The notes under the pieces are model-generated. The model was not told where the DNA came from and searched no databases. It worked only from the letters and a program-made list of their open reading frames with translations. DNA of 62,079 nucleotides, the filler included, from Bipalium vagum (Eukaryota), in NCBI GenBank assembly GCA_037834085.1. It is 3 parts of 3 records of this genome, joined end to end, with 100 filler letters (N's around TTAATTAATTAA, not from the genome) between each part and the next. Parts side by side here need not be neighbours in the genome. Positions count along the whole stretch, not along the records: positions 1 to 15,807 come from JBBMKC010144814.1; 2 more parts are not named here. One strand, given 5' to 3'. A program made the translations under genes and the position numbers. Each line of letters begins with the position of its first letter. Position 1 is the stretch's first letter. Positions 1 through 13,175 of the stretch are shown here, piece by piece.

Positions 1-580
1 ATATTTCTAAATTAACATAGTTCAAATCATAAAACTTTTAATATAATTCGTAATCTACAATTATTTCGATATTTACATGGTGGCCCAAAACATATAGACG
101 GCATTGTATACACTAATCGTTTTTCTGTTATTATTAAGTTTTAGATTGTTTTGTTCAGCCTAATAGATATTAAGATCAATTTTATTAGTTATTATTGCAC
201 ATTTTACTTCAAAGGCATTTTGTAAAATCTTTCTATTTTTGCAAATTTTTACTTTTAAAATTTTTAAATTATGTCAGTATCGAAATAAAGATTCTATTAC
301 ATAAATTATAAACAATCATTGAAGTATGACTCTAAAAATTATCCTGTTGAATATTGATTTCAGAAATTTTATAATTTTAAAATATTTTTTAAACTGAACA
401 AAAATTATGTTTTGTTTAAATGTTTTTATTCGGAAAAAATTAACTTGTATTTATTTTGAATTATAATTATTAAACGAAAAGAAAATTTTATAGATTTTAT
501 ATTTAGCTAACAAAATATTTTTAATCACTAATAAATTGCTATTAAATTTCAAAAATTATTTTTATAATTAATTCAGTTCT

Positions 581-3500
581 ATGAAAATGTAAATTTTATT
601 GATTATTTTAAAATAAATGATCTTTTTAAAGGGAATTTGATAACTTTAAGAAATATTTGCAAAATGGTGATTTTGAAGGAGTAAAAAGAAATTTTAAAAA
701 ACAGTTCTTGGATGAAATTATTGATAATTTCTATGTTAGTTTAATGATTAATCAATAAATCTATGGGATAAAGTTGAAATGATTCGTTTTCTTTTTATAT
801 TTTAGCACTTTTAAATGTTAATTTCAATAAATACCAACTTCAATTTTTTAAAATATAGTTTTCTCTTCGTAACTTTTCTATTTAAATGAATGAATTTTTA
901 GGGAAAACTATTTTTTCGAATATCAAAATACAGCTTTTTTCACTGTTGATTATTAATGAAAATTATTGATTTTAATTTTTTCAGAAAATGAAACCAATTC
1001 ATCTTGCCTGTGAAAATGGTCATTTTGGAATAGTGAAACTATTAGTAGAAAATAAATGTAATATTGAAAGTGAAGACAAAAATGTAATTATGGTTGAGTG
1101 AAAAAATTAAATTGATATATCTAGAAAAAGAGACCCATTCATTTTGCTTGTGAAATTGGTCACCTTGAAATATTTAAACTCCTGCTGGAACAAAAATGCA
1201 ATGTTGAAAGTGAAGAAAAAACTGTAATTCGTTATATATGTCCCAAGTAAAAGTAAAGACCTTGGTTAATTTAGAAGAGGAGACCGATTCATTATGCATG
1301 TCAATATGGTCATTTTAAGATAGCTAAATTATTAATCCAGAGAAAATGCAATATTGAAAGTGAAGATAAAGATGTAATTAAATATATTTGATTTGAGGGA
1401 AAGTAATGATTTTACATTTTAGAAAATTAGACCTCTTCATTATGCATGCCAATATGGTGATATTGAGATAGTAAAATTATTGATTAACCAAAGGTGCAAT
1501 ATCGAAAGTGAAACTGAAAAAGTCATGATTTATTAACGATTGACTTAAAGCTTAACAATATTTTTTAGAAAAAAAGACCGATTCATTTTGCATGTTGTAA
1601 TGGTCACATTGGAATAGTCAAATTATTGATCCTCCATAAAGTCCAGATTGAAAGTAAAGATGAAGATGTAAATATTTCTCAATGGAAAACAAATATAAAA
1701 TGGATCTACATATTTTAGAGAAGAACACCAATTCATTATGCATGTAAATTTGGTCATTTAGAGATTGTGAAAGTAATGATCGAGAAAAAGATCAATATTG
1801 AAATTGAAGATAAAGATGTAATAAATTATAAGTGATTAAAAAAGTATTGTATTTTGATTGGTTTAGAAAAAGAAACCGATGCATTTTGCATGTGAAGGGG
1901 GTCATTTAGAAATAGTGAATGTATTGATCCAGAATAAAAGTAACATTGAAAGTGAAGAAAAAGATGTAAATAAAAATCAATAATTGGTAAAATTCTGATT
2001 TTTTTAGAAAAAGAAACCTATTCACTTTGCATGTCAATTTGGTTACGTTGAAATAGTGAAATTATTGATTGACCAAAAAGTACATCTTGAAAGTGAAGAT
2101 AAAGACGTAATTTCTTATCGATGTTTTTGAGAGATAAATGATATGATTTTATAGAAAAAGACACCGATTCATTATGCATGTCAATATGGTCACACTGAAA
2201 TAGTGAAATTATTAATTAAACAAAATATTAATATTGAATGTGAAGACAAAGATGTAAGTATGGATTTTTCGTTTATTAAAAAGAATTGAATCTGTTTGAC
2301 TTAGAAAAAGAGACCGATTCATTATTCAAGTCAATATGGTCACATTGAATTAGTAAAACTATTTATACAAAAAAGATGCCAAGTCAAAGTAAAAGATGGA
2401 GTGAGTTATAATATATATTGACGAGATTATAATTATTTCTTGGTTATAAATCTCAACTGTCATAAAATATTTATCTCTTTATTTTATTATAATGCGTGTT
2501 GACTAAAATTTTATATTTTTAAATATAAAAACTGTTTGGCTAATTATTTAGTCCAATAATAAACGTTTTGTTTCAAAATCTACAATAATGAATTAGTATT
2601 TTAGAAATATTTAATTTTAACAAGTCTTTTTCAACGTACACTGTCGGATCCATTGTGAAGTGTTATTAGCTAGCTTTTGTATAACATATTGGTCCAATCT
2701 TCTAAGATAATATTTAAAACGATTAATAAGTTGATCAGTAGCTGCAGCTTTTCGACCCCTTCTATATATTCTTTTTTTTCATAACCCTCTAAAAACCTCC
2801 GAGAATACTTTTTTCTGGAGAATTAGCAGAATTGTCTTTTCTAACATCCTGGACTGTTTTTGAGTAATGTGAGCTGGCCAAGTCAGACCAAAACACGTAT
2901 TCATCTTTGTTCTAATTATTCCTGATATATGGAAGTAAACGATTTGTGATACAATCATTTTTTTTAATAGATTTCCATGTTAATGGACAAATTAATGACT
3001 CGTGAGATGAGACCTTCACGTTATCCAGACCATACTATTTTTCAGATTTTCATTTTCGTCGAAATTATACTCAAACACGGACAGCTAGAATGTTTCTGAT
3101 CTAATATCCATCATTTCCTGACATGGTTGTATTGGTTACATTGAAATAGGATTGGTCATCAAGAATAAACTTTTATTGGAGAACTTTCTATACAATGTAA
3201 TACATTTCCGCTTTGATTAAGAATTTTGGTTTTCAGTTCGTTCAGATATCTTTCTTTTTTTATGATATTTAATTGATGTTTTATTTTTTAATGTTCTGTA
3301 CAAACATGACTTCTAAACATTAAATTATCCTAGCAGTGCAACATAATATCATTACCATCAAAATGGGATGTGATCTGATTTAATTTTGAAAGCCTGATCT
3401 TTTTGGATTTACATCTACTTCCAGTCTCTCTTTCTGATGGTAAGTTATTCTCATATCTTTGTAGAATGAACGTAGCTGCTTGTTTTTGGAAGTTTTCTTG

Positions 3501-6420
3501 AAATAAATGTAAAACATTGTAAATTACTGTAATATCGTTGCTTAATGCTTGAGAATAGTTTCATATTCCTTGAGAATAGTTTCATAGTCCAACAATACCT
3601 GGCACCTCCATATAGAGCTTTAAGAATTTATAAGTACTATAAAAGGAAAAAAAACTGATGTGTTAGACTGGCCAGGAAATTCTCAAGAAGTCAAGACAAT
3701 CGAAAATATTTTGAGATACCTTAAACATGCAATTCCAAAGAACAAGCGTGGAAACAACAAATCTGGTATATTTTGGATAGAAAATATTTTAGCAAAATCT
3801 CGTGGGATCAATGACGATTCGAGTCAAATCTGTTCTCAATATGAAAGAGCATCCCACTAAGTTTTAGAATGCAATTATGGTGAAAATTTGATAAATATTT
3901 CTTGAGTTACTTTCGTTTTTATTTATAAGATATTGATATGAACAAACTTTTGGAGTATGTGGTATTTAAAAATGAATATAAATCTATTGAATTTACAAAC
4001 AGGCCTTGCTTTAAATGACAACTACATTTACCAGTCATCATAACTTATTTTCCTATTACATTATTATGGAATTTTAGAGGACACTTTAGTAATGTTTAGA
4101 TTAAGTTAATAATAATGTTCTGAGAATTTAAAGCTTTAAAAATGTATTCAATTCTTCTGACTAACTTCGCTAATGCTTAATTAACTTTGAAAACCGCATT
4201 TTTAGAGATATCATATTCCTAACATATTCACTGAAATTAGATATTTTAGAATGATAATGTAAGGAATTTTCAACATGGTTTATTTTCTAAATTTTCTCTG
4301 GCTTGGAGAAAAGAGTATTGATAGCTATTTTATTGCATTAATAATTTATTATTTTCTGGTTACTATGAGGATGGTTCAATGATTAAAAAACCAAACTGGT
4401 TTATTCAGAGAACAATGAAATATATAATTATTTATTACTTATAAGTAATGATTTATAATAAAAGTATAATTATTATTACTTAAATCATTAAAATTATTTT
4501 GTTTAAGTTAATTAAATCCCATTAACTGATGACAAATCTATTTTTGAAATATTTGAACAACGTTCAGTGATACATTTTTTACTTGCCAAAGGTGAAAAAC
4601 CATTAGATATTTATACTGGGGTTTCCAAAAAATATGGAAAATGAATCGAAGGAATTGCTAAAAATAGATCGAAAAATTTAAGGACGGGCGAACTTCAGTG
4701 AGCGATGAGTACAGTTGTGGGCGTTCAGCTGAAGTTTCAACCGGAATCTAAAAAAACAAAGCATGGAATGGATGCATTCAAGCCCAACGGTCAAGAAAAA
4801 GTATCGAACCCAATCATCAGCAGGGAAAGTCATGAAGACAATTTTTTGGAAATCAATGAGCCAGGTTTTGTCGGTTTTCTAGAAGTTCAATTGACAATAA
4901 ATAGCACATACTACTGTGACATGCTCATAAACAAAGTGAAGTAAGTAATATTAAAAAATCCTCTGGATATCGACACGGAGGCACCATTTTGTTTCACGAT
5001 AATACAAGGCCTCATACAGCTCAAAAAACTCGAGAAGCCATTGATAAATTACATTGGAGCTATTGCATCATCATGACATGGCTCAACCGGATTTTTATTT
5101 GTTTGGTCCACTCAAGGATTACTTAAGAAGTCAGAAGTTTATTGACAATAATCATACCAAAAAAATGTGCTAAATTATCTCCGAGATCAAGATAATTCAT
5201 ACTTTGCAGCCGGTATAAATAAGCTTATTTACAGATGAGACAAATGTATAAATGTTTGTGGAGATTATATTGAAAAGTAAACACAGTGTCACATTGATTA
5301 AATAAAGAGTTTTATCTCTATATTAATTTATGTCTTTAATTATTGAACCACTCTCGTATTAGGTTTACAATTAAGTACGTGTCTTTTTAATTAAGCAATA
5401 AAAAAACTTGCTTCCAGCCATCTTTCAAATAACGTAGTTATTTAATGTTTGTATAACTCAGAGTGTTTACTAACAAAAGGTGTCTTTGAACGGATTCCTT
5501 GCCAGTGAACACCTTTTTCAAGAAAATCTGTAGCGACGCGAGATGGGATAAACATATCACCAAAAGACCAATAATTGGTTCAGATTAAGATGTATGAAGC
5601 CAGATAGTATCATGTTCCTGTAATGTATTGTAATATGGCTAATTGACAATTAATCATTTGAAGAGATGTGAACAGTTCGAAAAAAGTGATACATTTAAAA
5701 TTCCACCAAACTGTAAGCATGATCTTCTTTGGGTGCAAAGATTTTAATGACTAACTAGGTTGACTTTGAGATTTTACTGACAAAATTGTCTTTGACACCA
5801 TTTTTTTCTAGACTGGTTACCATTTTTTTAATTTTTTACCATTTTGCATCTGAATTTCATATTTTAATATTAATAGTACGTGCCAATAAATTTTTTTCTG
5901 TTAGTGCATGCCTTAACCAAACATTAGGTCGAAAAATAACTCACCGTGTACTTAGATGATTCTCTGCCCATATAAATAGTATCTTTATTATTGCCTTATC
6001 CATGTGGAACAGATTCTGTATGATGATTGGTTGAGGATCACTGTACTCAAGTGGAAATCACATATATCTAAATCTCCCTATCTGAATTTAGCATGTGGGT
6101 TTTGATAGGCACTATGTATATTACATATACTTTTGTCTCCCCGCGATTCTCTTTTATGTTTTAAAATATTACTACTATAATATTTGTGAATAATGTAATA
6201 TTTACTATTTTTAAATGAATATAATAAAACAGGATGAAAAAATATTTCTTCAATAAAGATTTTTTAAAAATTATTTTACACATTTATACATTTTAAGTTG
6301 TCGATAAACATGAAAAATTGTAATTTCTTAGTAATATTACAGGAAGGACGAACTCCTTGTGACTTGGCGAGACTTAAGGGTTACAATGATATTGCCGTAT
6401 TAACACAAACACCCACTGAC
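581..6420 (+). CDS. Multi-exon ankyrin-repeat protein (10 one-repeat exons plus a capping repeat); C-terminus unresolved
   Basis: GT-AG exons: 581-588, 632-734, then 985-1083, 1125-1223, 1275-1373, 1423-1521, 1569-1667, 1719-1817, 1867-1965, 2008-2106, 2155-2253 (each 99 nt), 2305-2400 (96 nt) and 6343-6420 (EGRTPCDLARLKGYNDIAVL). Repeats read like KKRPIHFACEIGHLEIFKLLLEQKCNVESEEKT, matching the ankyrin consensus, with no stops through 6420. Confidence 0.9.
2638..3540 (-). mobile_element. Degenerate Tc1/mariner-superfamily element, ITmD37E-like
   Basis: Minus-strand fragments FILDDQSYF, RLLPYIR, EYVFWSDLASSHYSKTVQD and DNSANSPE recall the FWPDLASxHY...NPPNxP motif of DD37E transposases. Many stops and frameshifts; ends approximate. 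Confidence 0.6.
3590..3890 (+). mobile_element. Tc1-like transposase C-terminal fragment
   Basis: LDWPGNSQEVKTIENI resembles the Tc1 motif WPxNSPDLNPIEN. Confidence 0.6.
4364..5358 (+). mobile_element. Internally deleted mariner element with both TIRs (irritans/Hsmar2-like ends)
   Basis: Left end tatgaggatggttcaatgattaaa; reverse complement of right end tacgagagtggttcaataattaaa. Peptide fragments FEQRSVIHFLLAKGEKP, LFHDNTRPHTA and DFYLFGPLKDYL. Confidence 0.85.
5400..6230 (-). mobile_element. Degenerate mariner element
   Basis: Minus-strand VWLRHALTEK (WVPHEL motif) and LHPKKIML; ends approximate. Confidence 0.6.
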
Positions 6421-7144
6421 GTAATTTTTCTTCATTTATTTTCAATCGAGTGATTTCTTTATTATATAGATGATTTTGTTCCTACAGTGGAAAGAGAAAG
6501 GAATGCTTTAGAAATACAGTCAGGCCTGTCTAGGGGAAACATTACCTTTAAGAGACAAATACTTTAAGGAACAATTTTTAAAAGTTGCGAGTAATACTGT
6601 ATAAATTTGAAATATATAACAAACAGTGAATTTTAGGAACAGTGAACATAATTTGTTTTAACAATACAATACTATTACATTTTTAAAAATTACATTATTA
6701 ATTCTAAATTTTTTAATGAATAAAAGTTCAGAAATTAAAAGGAAAGCCTATTCTGTTAAAAAAAGCTAGAAGTCATTCATTTTTTAAATTCACCACTCAA
6801 AGACAATTAAGCAGCAAATTTAAAATGTTCTTGTAGTCATTTATAAGAAAATGAGAAAATGATTACAAGTCGAAGTAACAGGAATATGAAGAAATTAAGG
6901 ATTTTTTAAAACACAAGAGATTGGTTGCAAGTTGTTACGCCAAAAAACACATTAGTGTAACTGATGATAATGTGACAGTTATGGGTCTTAAATTAGATGA
7001 ATTTTTGGCCGAGAGAAAATCACGAAGTCTTACGATGATTGATTACTTAATTAGGAATTAAAACCGCATTGCTTTTTCATTGGATCAAAAAAAATATAAC
7101 TGTTTCTTATAAATCCATAGCGAACAAGTTCAATTTTGTAAATT

Positions 7145-8600
7145 CTAGTGTTTTTTATGGACAGGTCTGACTAATAATAGAATAAACACTTTTATAATAG
7201 ATTTATTCCATGGAGAAATATTCTTTAATTTAATATAAATATATATTTTAAATAAACACATTTTAGCAATTGAAAACAAAAAATTTTGTAAACATTTATT
7301 ATCATGACACATATTTGGAACTATTATTAGTCCATCGATAGTCATATTTAATGACACATTTTAAATACTTAAATGAGGGGCTAATTTTTAATTTAAATAT
7401 TTTGTGAATTCTGAATGGTCGAAATTATCTTTATTTTGTTTTTTTTAAAATTTTAAAAAAGAAAATGTTTTTTTAAAGTAATATTTGTTATTAACTAAAT
7501 TAACTTCCAAGTTTTAAACTTTTTTAAAAATAATATTTAATTAATCAGAGAACACATTGGTAATCTATTGACTTTTACCTTCTGTTTGAATATTAATTTC
7601 TTTTATTAACAATGATTCGCATATCTTCCATTCATAGTTATTATCAAAGTTATTCATAATTAATCGAAATTCTTCAGCACTAACTTTATTATTTCGCACA
7701 ACCCAATTCAATGAATAATCTAAAACTTTACTGGTTCTGCTTAATTGCGAATATTCACTAATATCTGTTCTGAAGTGACTATCGATTTTTAAATTTTTTA
7801 TATTTTAGCATTGGGCTAAAGTAAAAAAAGCTGTCTTTCAGAAAAGTCGTCATTCGAGTCCAGGATCTACATTAAAGAAAGAAATTTTGTTCCAACATGA
7901 AAAAAAAGTACTTTTATTTTGTTGAATTCTGAATATTGTTAAAATTAATATTAAACATTTACCGAAATTGAATTATTTCGACGGTCATTCAAACTGATCA
8001 TAGAGACTTCAATTAAATATTTCTTTAATATCTCTTCATGATTTTCATCTAGTTAATGATTTGCAAAATTACCACATGTGGAAATCAATGGTAAAAAATT
8101 TAAAAATGTCTTAATATTGTTAATACATTAACCAAGTCCGCTATAATCTGACTCAAAATCTCTATTGACTGTTTTCGCTCACCCCACCAATTCTTCAAGA
8201 ACCAAATAATTTAAGTCTTGAATTTCAGATGTGTTCGAATGTCTACAATCCACTCCGAAAAATCGTTCTATTATTCCTAATGAGTGAATAGTCGTAATAA
8301 GTCAAATAAAAATAATCAAAATTAAATATGAATGAAAAGAAAAATAATCTAATAGGTTTTCCAAAGAATTGAACAATATAATTTAGTTATACAATCCAGA
8401 TATTTTCAAATGACTCAACTTCAAATCAGGTCCTCTTATGGTCTGCTTGGATCATTAAGGTTAGAAAATAACTGACTCGGGAGATTGTTTTATAGGAAAG
8501 TCAAAACATCATCGGACTGATCCGGTCACTTATCGTAAATTTTTTCAATTTCTTCAAAAGACACATAAAAGAAAATCCAACTGGAAGAGAAATAGACAGG
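7145..8600 (-). pseudogene. Unidentified spliced gene relic
   Basis: AG/GT-bounded exon-like blocks at ~8276-8133 (GIIERFFGVDC...YLVLEELVG*), ~8048-7963 (ENHEEILKKYLIEVSMISLNDRRNNSIS) and ~7770-7578 (TDISEYSQL...WKICESLLIKE). In-frame stops present. Confidence 0.4.
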
Positions 8601-9693
8601 AATATATAACAGCTTAAAAGATTCTTTAACGCGGGTTGATGTAAGGATTAAATAGTCAAAGTCAAATAGTAACACATGCATTAAAAGAACTAATTAATTA
8701 AAGAATTTACTATTCAATCAGATAGTAACACAAATTTTGGTATTTAAGCAATAGCGTAGTGAGATAAAGATGACGCAAGTCGATTAAGTTGATTAATAAA
8801 TGTAAGAACATTAATAATAAAAAAAATTCACTATAATAATAATAATTAAAAGAAAAATATAATAAAATAATTGAAAAGCCTCAAGAAAAACACGATAATG
8901 AGTCCTCAGATTGTCAGCCATACCCAAACGATACGCTCAATGGCGGTCATGTGCAAAGGAAACCATTAACAATCTTGTTGCGTGTTTTTTTTATTAATAA
9001 TATGGTACCTATAAATAATAAAAACATGATATATGCAATCTTCCGACGAATAGCTTAGGTTTCTTTTGACAATCTCAAATACTGTTTCTTCTTAAGATTC
9101 AAATACTGATTTCAAAATACTGACGATAGCTTTAAACAAAACGAAAGTTTGTTTTCTCGAAATTATCTCTTCGGTGACTGTATAGTAAACTATTTTTCTT
9201 TAATAGGAGTTTTTCCAACAAGCCGACCAATCCGGTCGTTGGATGTAAAATTGTGGGAAATCATCCCATTAATAATCGAGGATTTCCCCACAAGATTCGA
9301 TAATTTGTAAATGCTATTGAGAGGGAAACATTATTATTAAATTCAGTCCTTAATTATGGACTTTAAAAAATAATTTTCTTTTTATTAATTCGGAGATAAA
9401 TTTATTATTATTTGCACATAATTATATTTATATATAATAATATTAATTATTACCAATTATTTTTTAGAAATGTTTGTTATCATTTTAATATTGTGGTTTC
9501 TATCTCTAATGTGGGACCGTCAGTGACCCAAAATCTTTGGTGCCATTCGTGAACCCAAAAAAATTATCAAAATATTTTGCTATTTATTTCTATACCAAAG
9601 ATGCAAATTTTATTAAGATTGTTTGCAATTTTTTTTCAAAACTATTATTAGAAACCATAGAAACTGTAACTTAAAGAATATTAGTATTTACAG

Positions 9694-12600
9694 ATCCGAG
9701 AAGCCATCATTAATAATGATGAAAAAACTTTTGTTAAGCTCTACCACAATGTTATTTTGTCAATTGAGGACGAAAATGTAAATATAAATTAAATCCGACG
9801 AAAATTATAAATAATCCACATATTAAGTTCAAACAATATTGGCTTGACATGATATTGGACAATAAAGCGGAAAAGATCCTTAAGTTTATTGTAGACAGAC
9901 CAATCGATGATCTTGTAAATTCTGAATATGTTTTGGCTTTTTAGTGATTCGATTTGCAGGAAATTTCATACTTCAAATACTTAATGACAAAAGATCATTA
10001 TAAATCCACAAATATCCAATTATGGCAGGAGGTCATTGAAATTGGGTTGTTGTTGTTATTCAATTCAAATATTTTCAGGTTCTGCTTTACAAATCGATCA
10101 GAGATAATCATCAAGTAGTATTTAAATTGACGTGTTGTCCTAACGTCATTAATGCCGAACGTCAAATTGTAAAACATTATTAGAATGTTCTTTTAAACAA
10201 TTACTGTTCAGATACCATGCTCATTCCTGGAGGTGGCAGCAGAGCACGGTAGATGTGTCTTTGTACATGAAATTTTGTTAAAAAGCATTTTTAAAAATGA
10301 AGTTGGAGATAACTGATATTAAAGAATTGATATTTGTTTTAATGACAATATTTCTTTAGATATGGAAGAGAGCAAAGAGAATCGCTTTGCAGAAAGCTCA
10401 CCATCAAATCTATAGAACAATATTGAATAGGGAATATTTGCTCAGCTACAGAGAGAAAGTACTTTCATATTTCTTGATGAATATAAACCATTTTCAATTT
10501 CATTAAAGGCAAATTTTTCTATTTTGCACACTTCTGTTTGTGATAACGACGCGGACATGATTGAATACATTTTGAATAAAGGCATCGTTGATCCCAATCA
10601 CAATCATGAGGTGAAATAAATTCTTCGAAATCTATTTTTTGTGTTGAATATTTTTTCAGATTTTAGGTACCGCTTTTACATTAGCTATTACATTGTGTCA
10701 CGAAAAATGTATGACTGTGTTAAAAAAATTTAAAGTTAACTGTTATACCCACAATAAAGTAAATCGATCAATATTAATTTGAAATCGAGCTCTGATTGTC
10801 TCTGGTTTAGTATTTGCAAAGTCCACTTCATGAAGCAATTTTAAACGGATATTTGATTGTCGATATTTGATAGATAGTTCATCAAACATTGATGAAACTG
10901 GATTTGTGAGTGCTTTTATAACGATTTTTTTATAACATTCACGAAATAGATGGGTCAGACTGCTCTGCATTGTGCAGTAATGCAAGGATGCGAAGAACTT
11001 TGTGATAAATTGTTGAAAATGGGTGCAGATTGCAATCGATATATGGAGGTTTGGAAAGAAAGAATTGCCTTTTCAGCTATCGTTTTAAATCTATAATTTG
11101 TTAAATTAAAAGTTCGAATGCCAAATATGTTTTAAACTTTTCTTTTTTATAAATTGGATCTGTTAAAGAATTCATTACCATAGAGGTTCCGGGTATTTAA
11201 TTTATACATTATTTCTTCTTATTTTTCACTTGAAATTTAATTTTTTCTAAACCATATAGAACCTGGATTCTTCATTTCATCGATTTCTACTTAAGCATAT
11301 CTAAAATATCTAGAAATTTCTTTTGCGTTTGACCTTTTTAATTTTTAATTACCCGTTATTGTTTTTCGTTTAATAATTTGTGGAATAAATTAATTGCAAA
11401 ATTTTGGTTGGTAATAAAATATTTTAATTGCCATATATATGAAATTTATTTGATGTCCCTTATTTTTTTGATGTTTCAGTTTCTCTGGAATGCTCAGAAA
11501 AAAGGTTTTATAATTTTATTTTTCTCTCAATTACCTACATTTTGAAAAATATAAAATCGATAGAAATTCCAGTTTTTAACAATTCGATTCATCTTTCAAA
11601 ATGGGAGAATTCGTTGACTCTTTGTGCAAAGATGAATAAAACCATTTATCCATGTTTTCTTGAAACAATGGATAAAACAAAAGCAAATAGTTTTGACGGT
11701 GATGGAAATTCCTTGCTTCATTTAATTGTAAAGTTTTTTAATACTGAGGTTTGTGAAGCTTTGATTAAAGCTTCTGGTGATGTTAATTCGGTCAATTTTC
11801 AAGGCAATACTGCCTTATTCGAATTACTGTTCTCTTTAGACCAAAAAACTTTTAATGACGTAATAATAATTATTATTGATATTTTACAAAAAGTTATTGA
11901 TATTTTAGAATGAAGATAAAATTATTGAAATTGTGAATTTATTTGTTCAATTTGGATATGATCTCAAAAGGTGGTGTAAAAAAGATTTGTCAATTTTTGA
12001 AATTTCATCAAAATTTAACTGTGAAAGGTGTTTCATTTTCTTAGTTGATTTTAATTTTTTTGATAATATCTCATTTAACATTGATTGGCAATAATTTTAG
12101 ATTACTACTTAACTTTTTATCACGACCTGAAAATGGGTTATTGGAGATTAATAAAAACCTGTTCAAAACTGCCTTGGAAAAAAACTTTTTCCAGTTTTGT
12201 GAAACTTTATTGGGTTTATATCATAGAGATCAATTACAATCATACATTACTACAGATTTTATCAAAATAAGTCTGAAGCATAATTGCATAAGTCTATTAA
12301 AATCCTTGATCATGAATAGTAGTGATGAGGTACAACAAACTGTTTTAGAAGGCTCTTTGTATGATCTGACAAACCTTAACGCCAGTGATCTGTTTGAATA
12401 TTTGCTCAATATTGAGATAAAAGATCCAAAGCGTTTTGGAAATGGTGAAACGCTATTAACAAAATTGTTGAATGAACAAAAACTTGGTTTTTGTCAAAAG
12501 ATCATTGAATCGAAGAAAAATAAAAATATATATATCAATTTAAATAACAGAAAAAATCAAACTCCATTACAAGTTGCTATTGAGAAAGACCTCATGGAAA

Positions 12601-13175
12601 TAGCACAGTTTTTAATATTTGAAACTAACAATTTAGATAATGAAGACTGTGATGGCCAAACTGCCTTAATGCAGTTGTTTTTGAAAATATCAAACACTAT
12701 TCATGTACGTAAAATGTTTCTATGAAATAGTCGTTTAAGTATTGTTTAGAAACATCAATATACGGTATTTCTAAGCGCAATCAAAGCTCTAATCCTCAGA
12801 GGAGGAAACATTTATCATCAGACAACGAAAAGAGAGCAGATCATACAATTTTGCTCTTCACTTCAAACGAGAAACGAAATCGAAATATTATACAAAGATG
12901 AACAAGAGAAGTTCTCCAATTGCGTAACAGAAAAGATTATTGGAAAGGAAAATATTGTTGTAGTAAAAGAAATTATTGAAATAAAAAATGTATGAGATCT
13001 CATTTTATCACTTTACCTAATCTTGATTCAGATTTGTCAAATCTGCTTCGATAGAGAAATCAATTGTTCATTAAAATGTGGCCATACCATTTGTGAAGTT
13101 TGTGGACAAGATATTGTACGATGCCCATTCTGCAATTTTGAACCAGTTATGATTCAGAAAATTTATTTAGGCTAA
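9694..13175 (+). CDS. Ankyrin-repeat protein with C-terminal C3HC4 RING finger (putative E3 ligase); start not resolved
   Basis: Short phase-0 exons with ankyrin motifs (QSPLHEAILNG; GQTALHCAVMQG at 10950-11048; GNSLLHL; GNTALFE; QTPLQVAIEK; GQTALMQ). Last exon 13032-13175 reads ICQICFDREINCSLKCGHTICEVCGQDIVRCPFCNFEPVMIQKIYLG*. Splicing at 11049-11560 not fully resolved. Confidence 0.8.

Noticed and set aside
985-2400. CRISPR-like periodicity (~148 bp)
   Set aside because: The repeats are coding ankyrin exons and the spacers are GT-AG introns; eukaryotic context and no cas genes.
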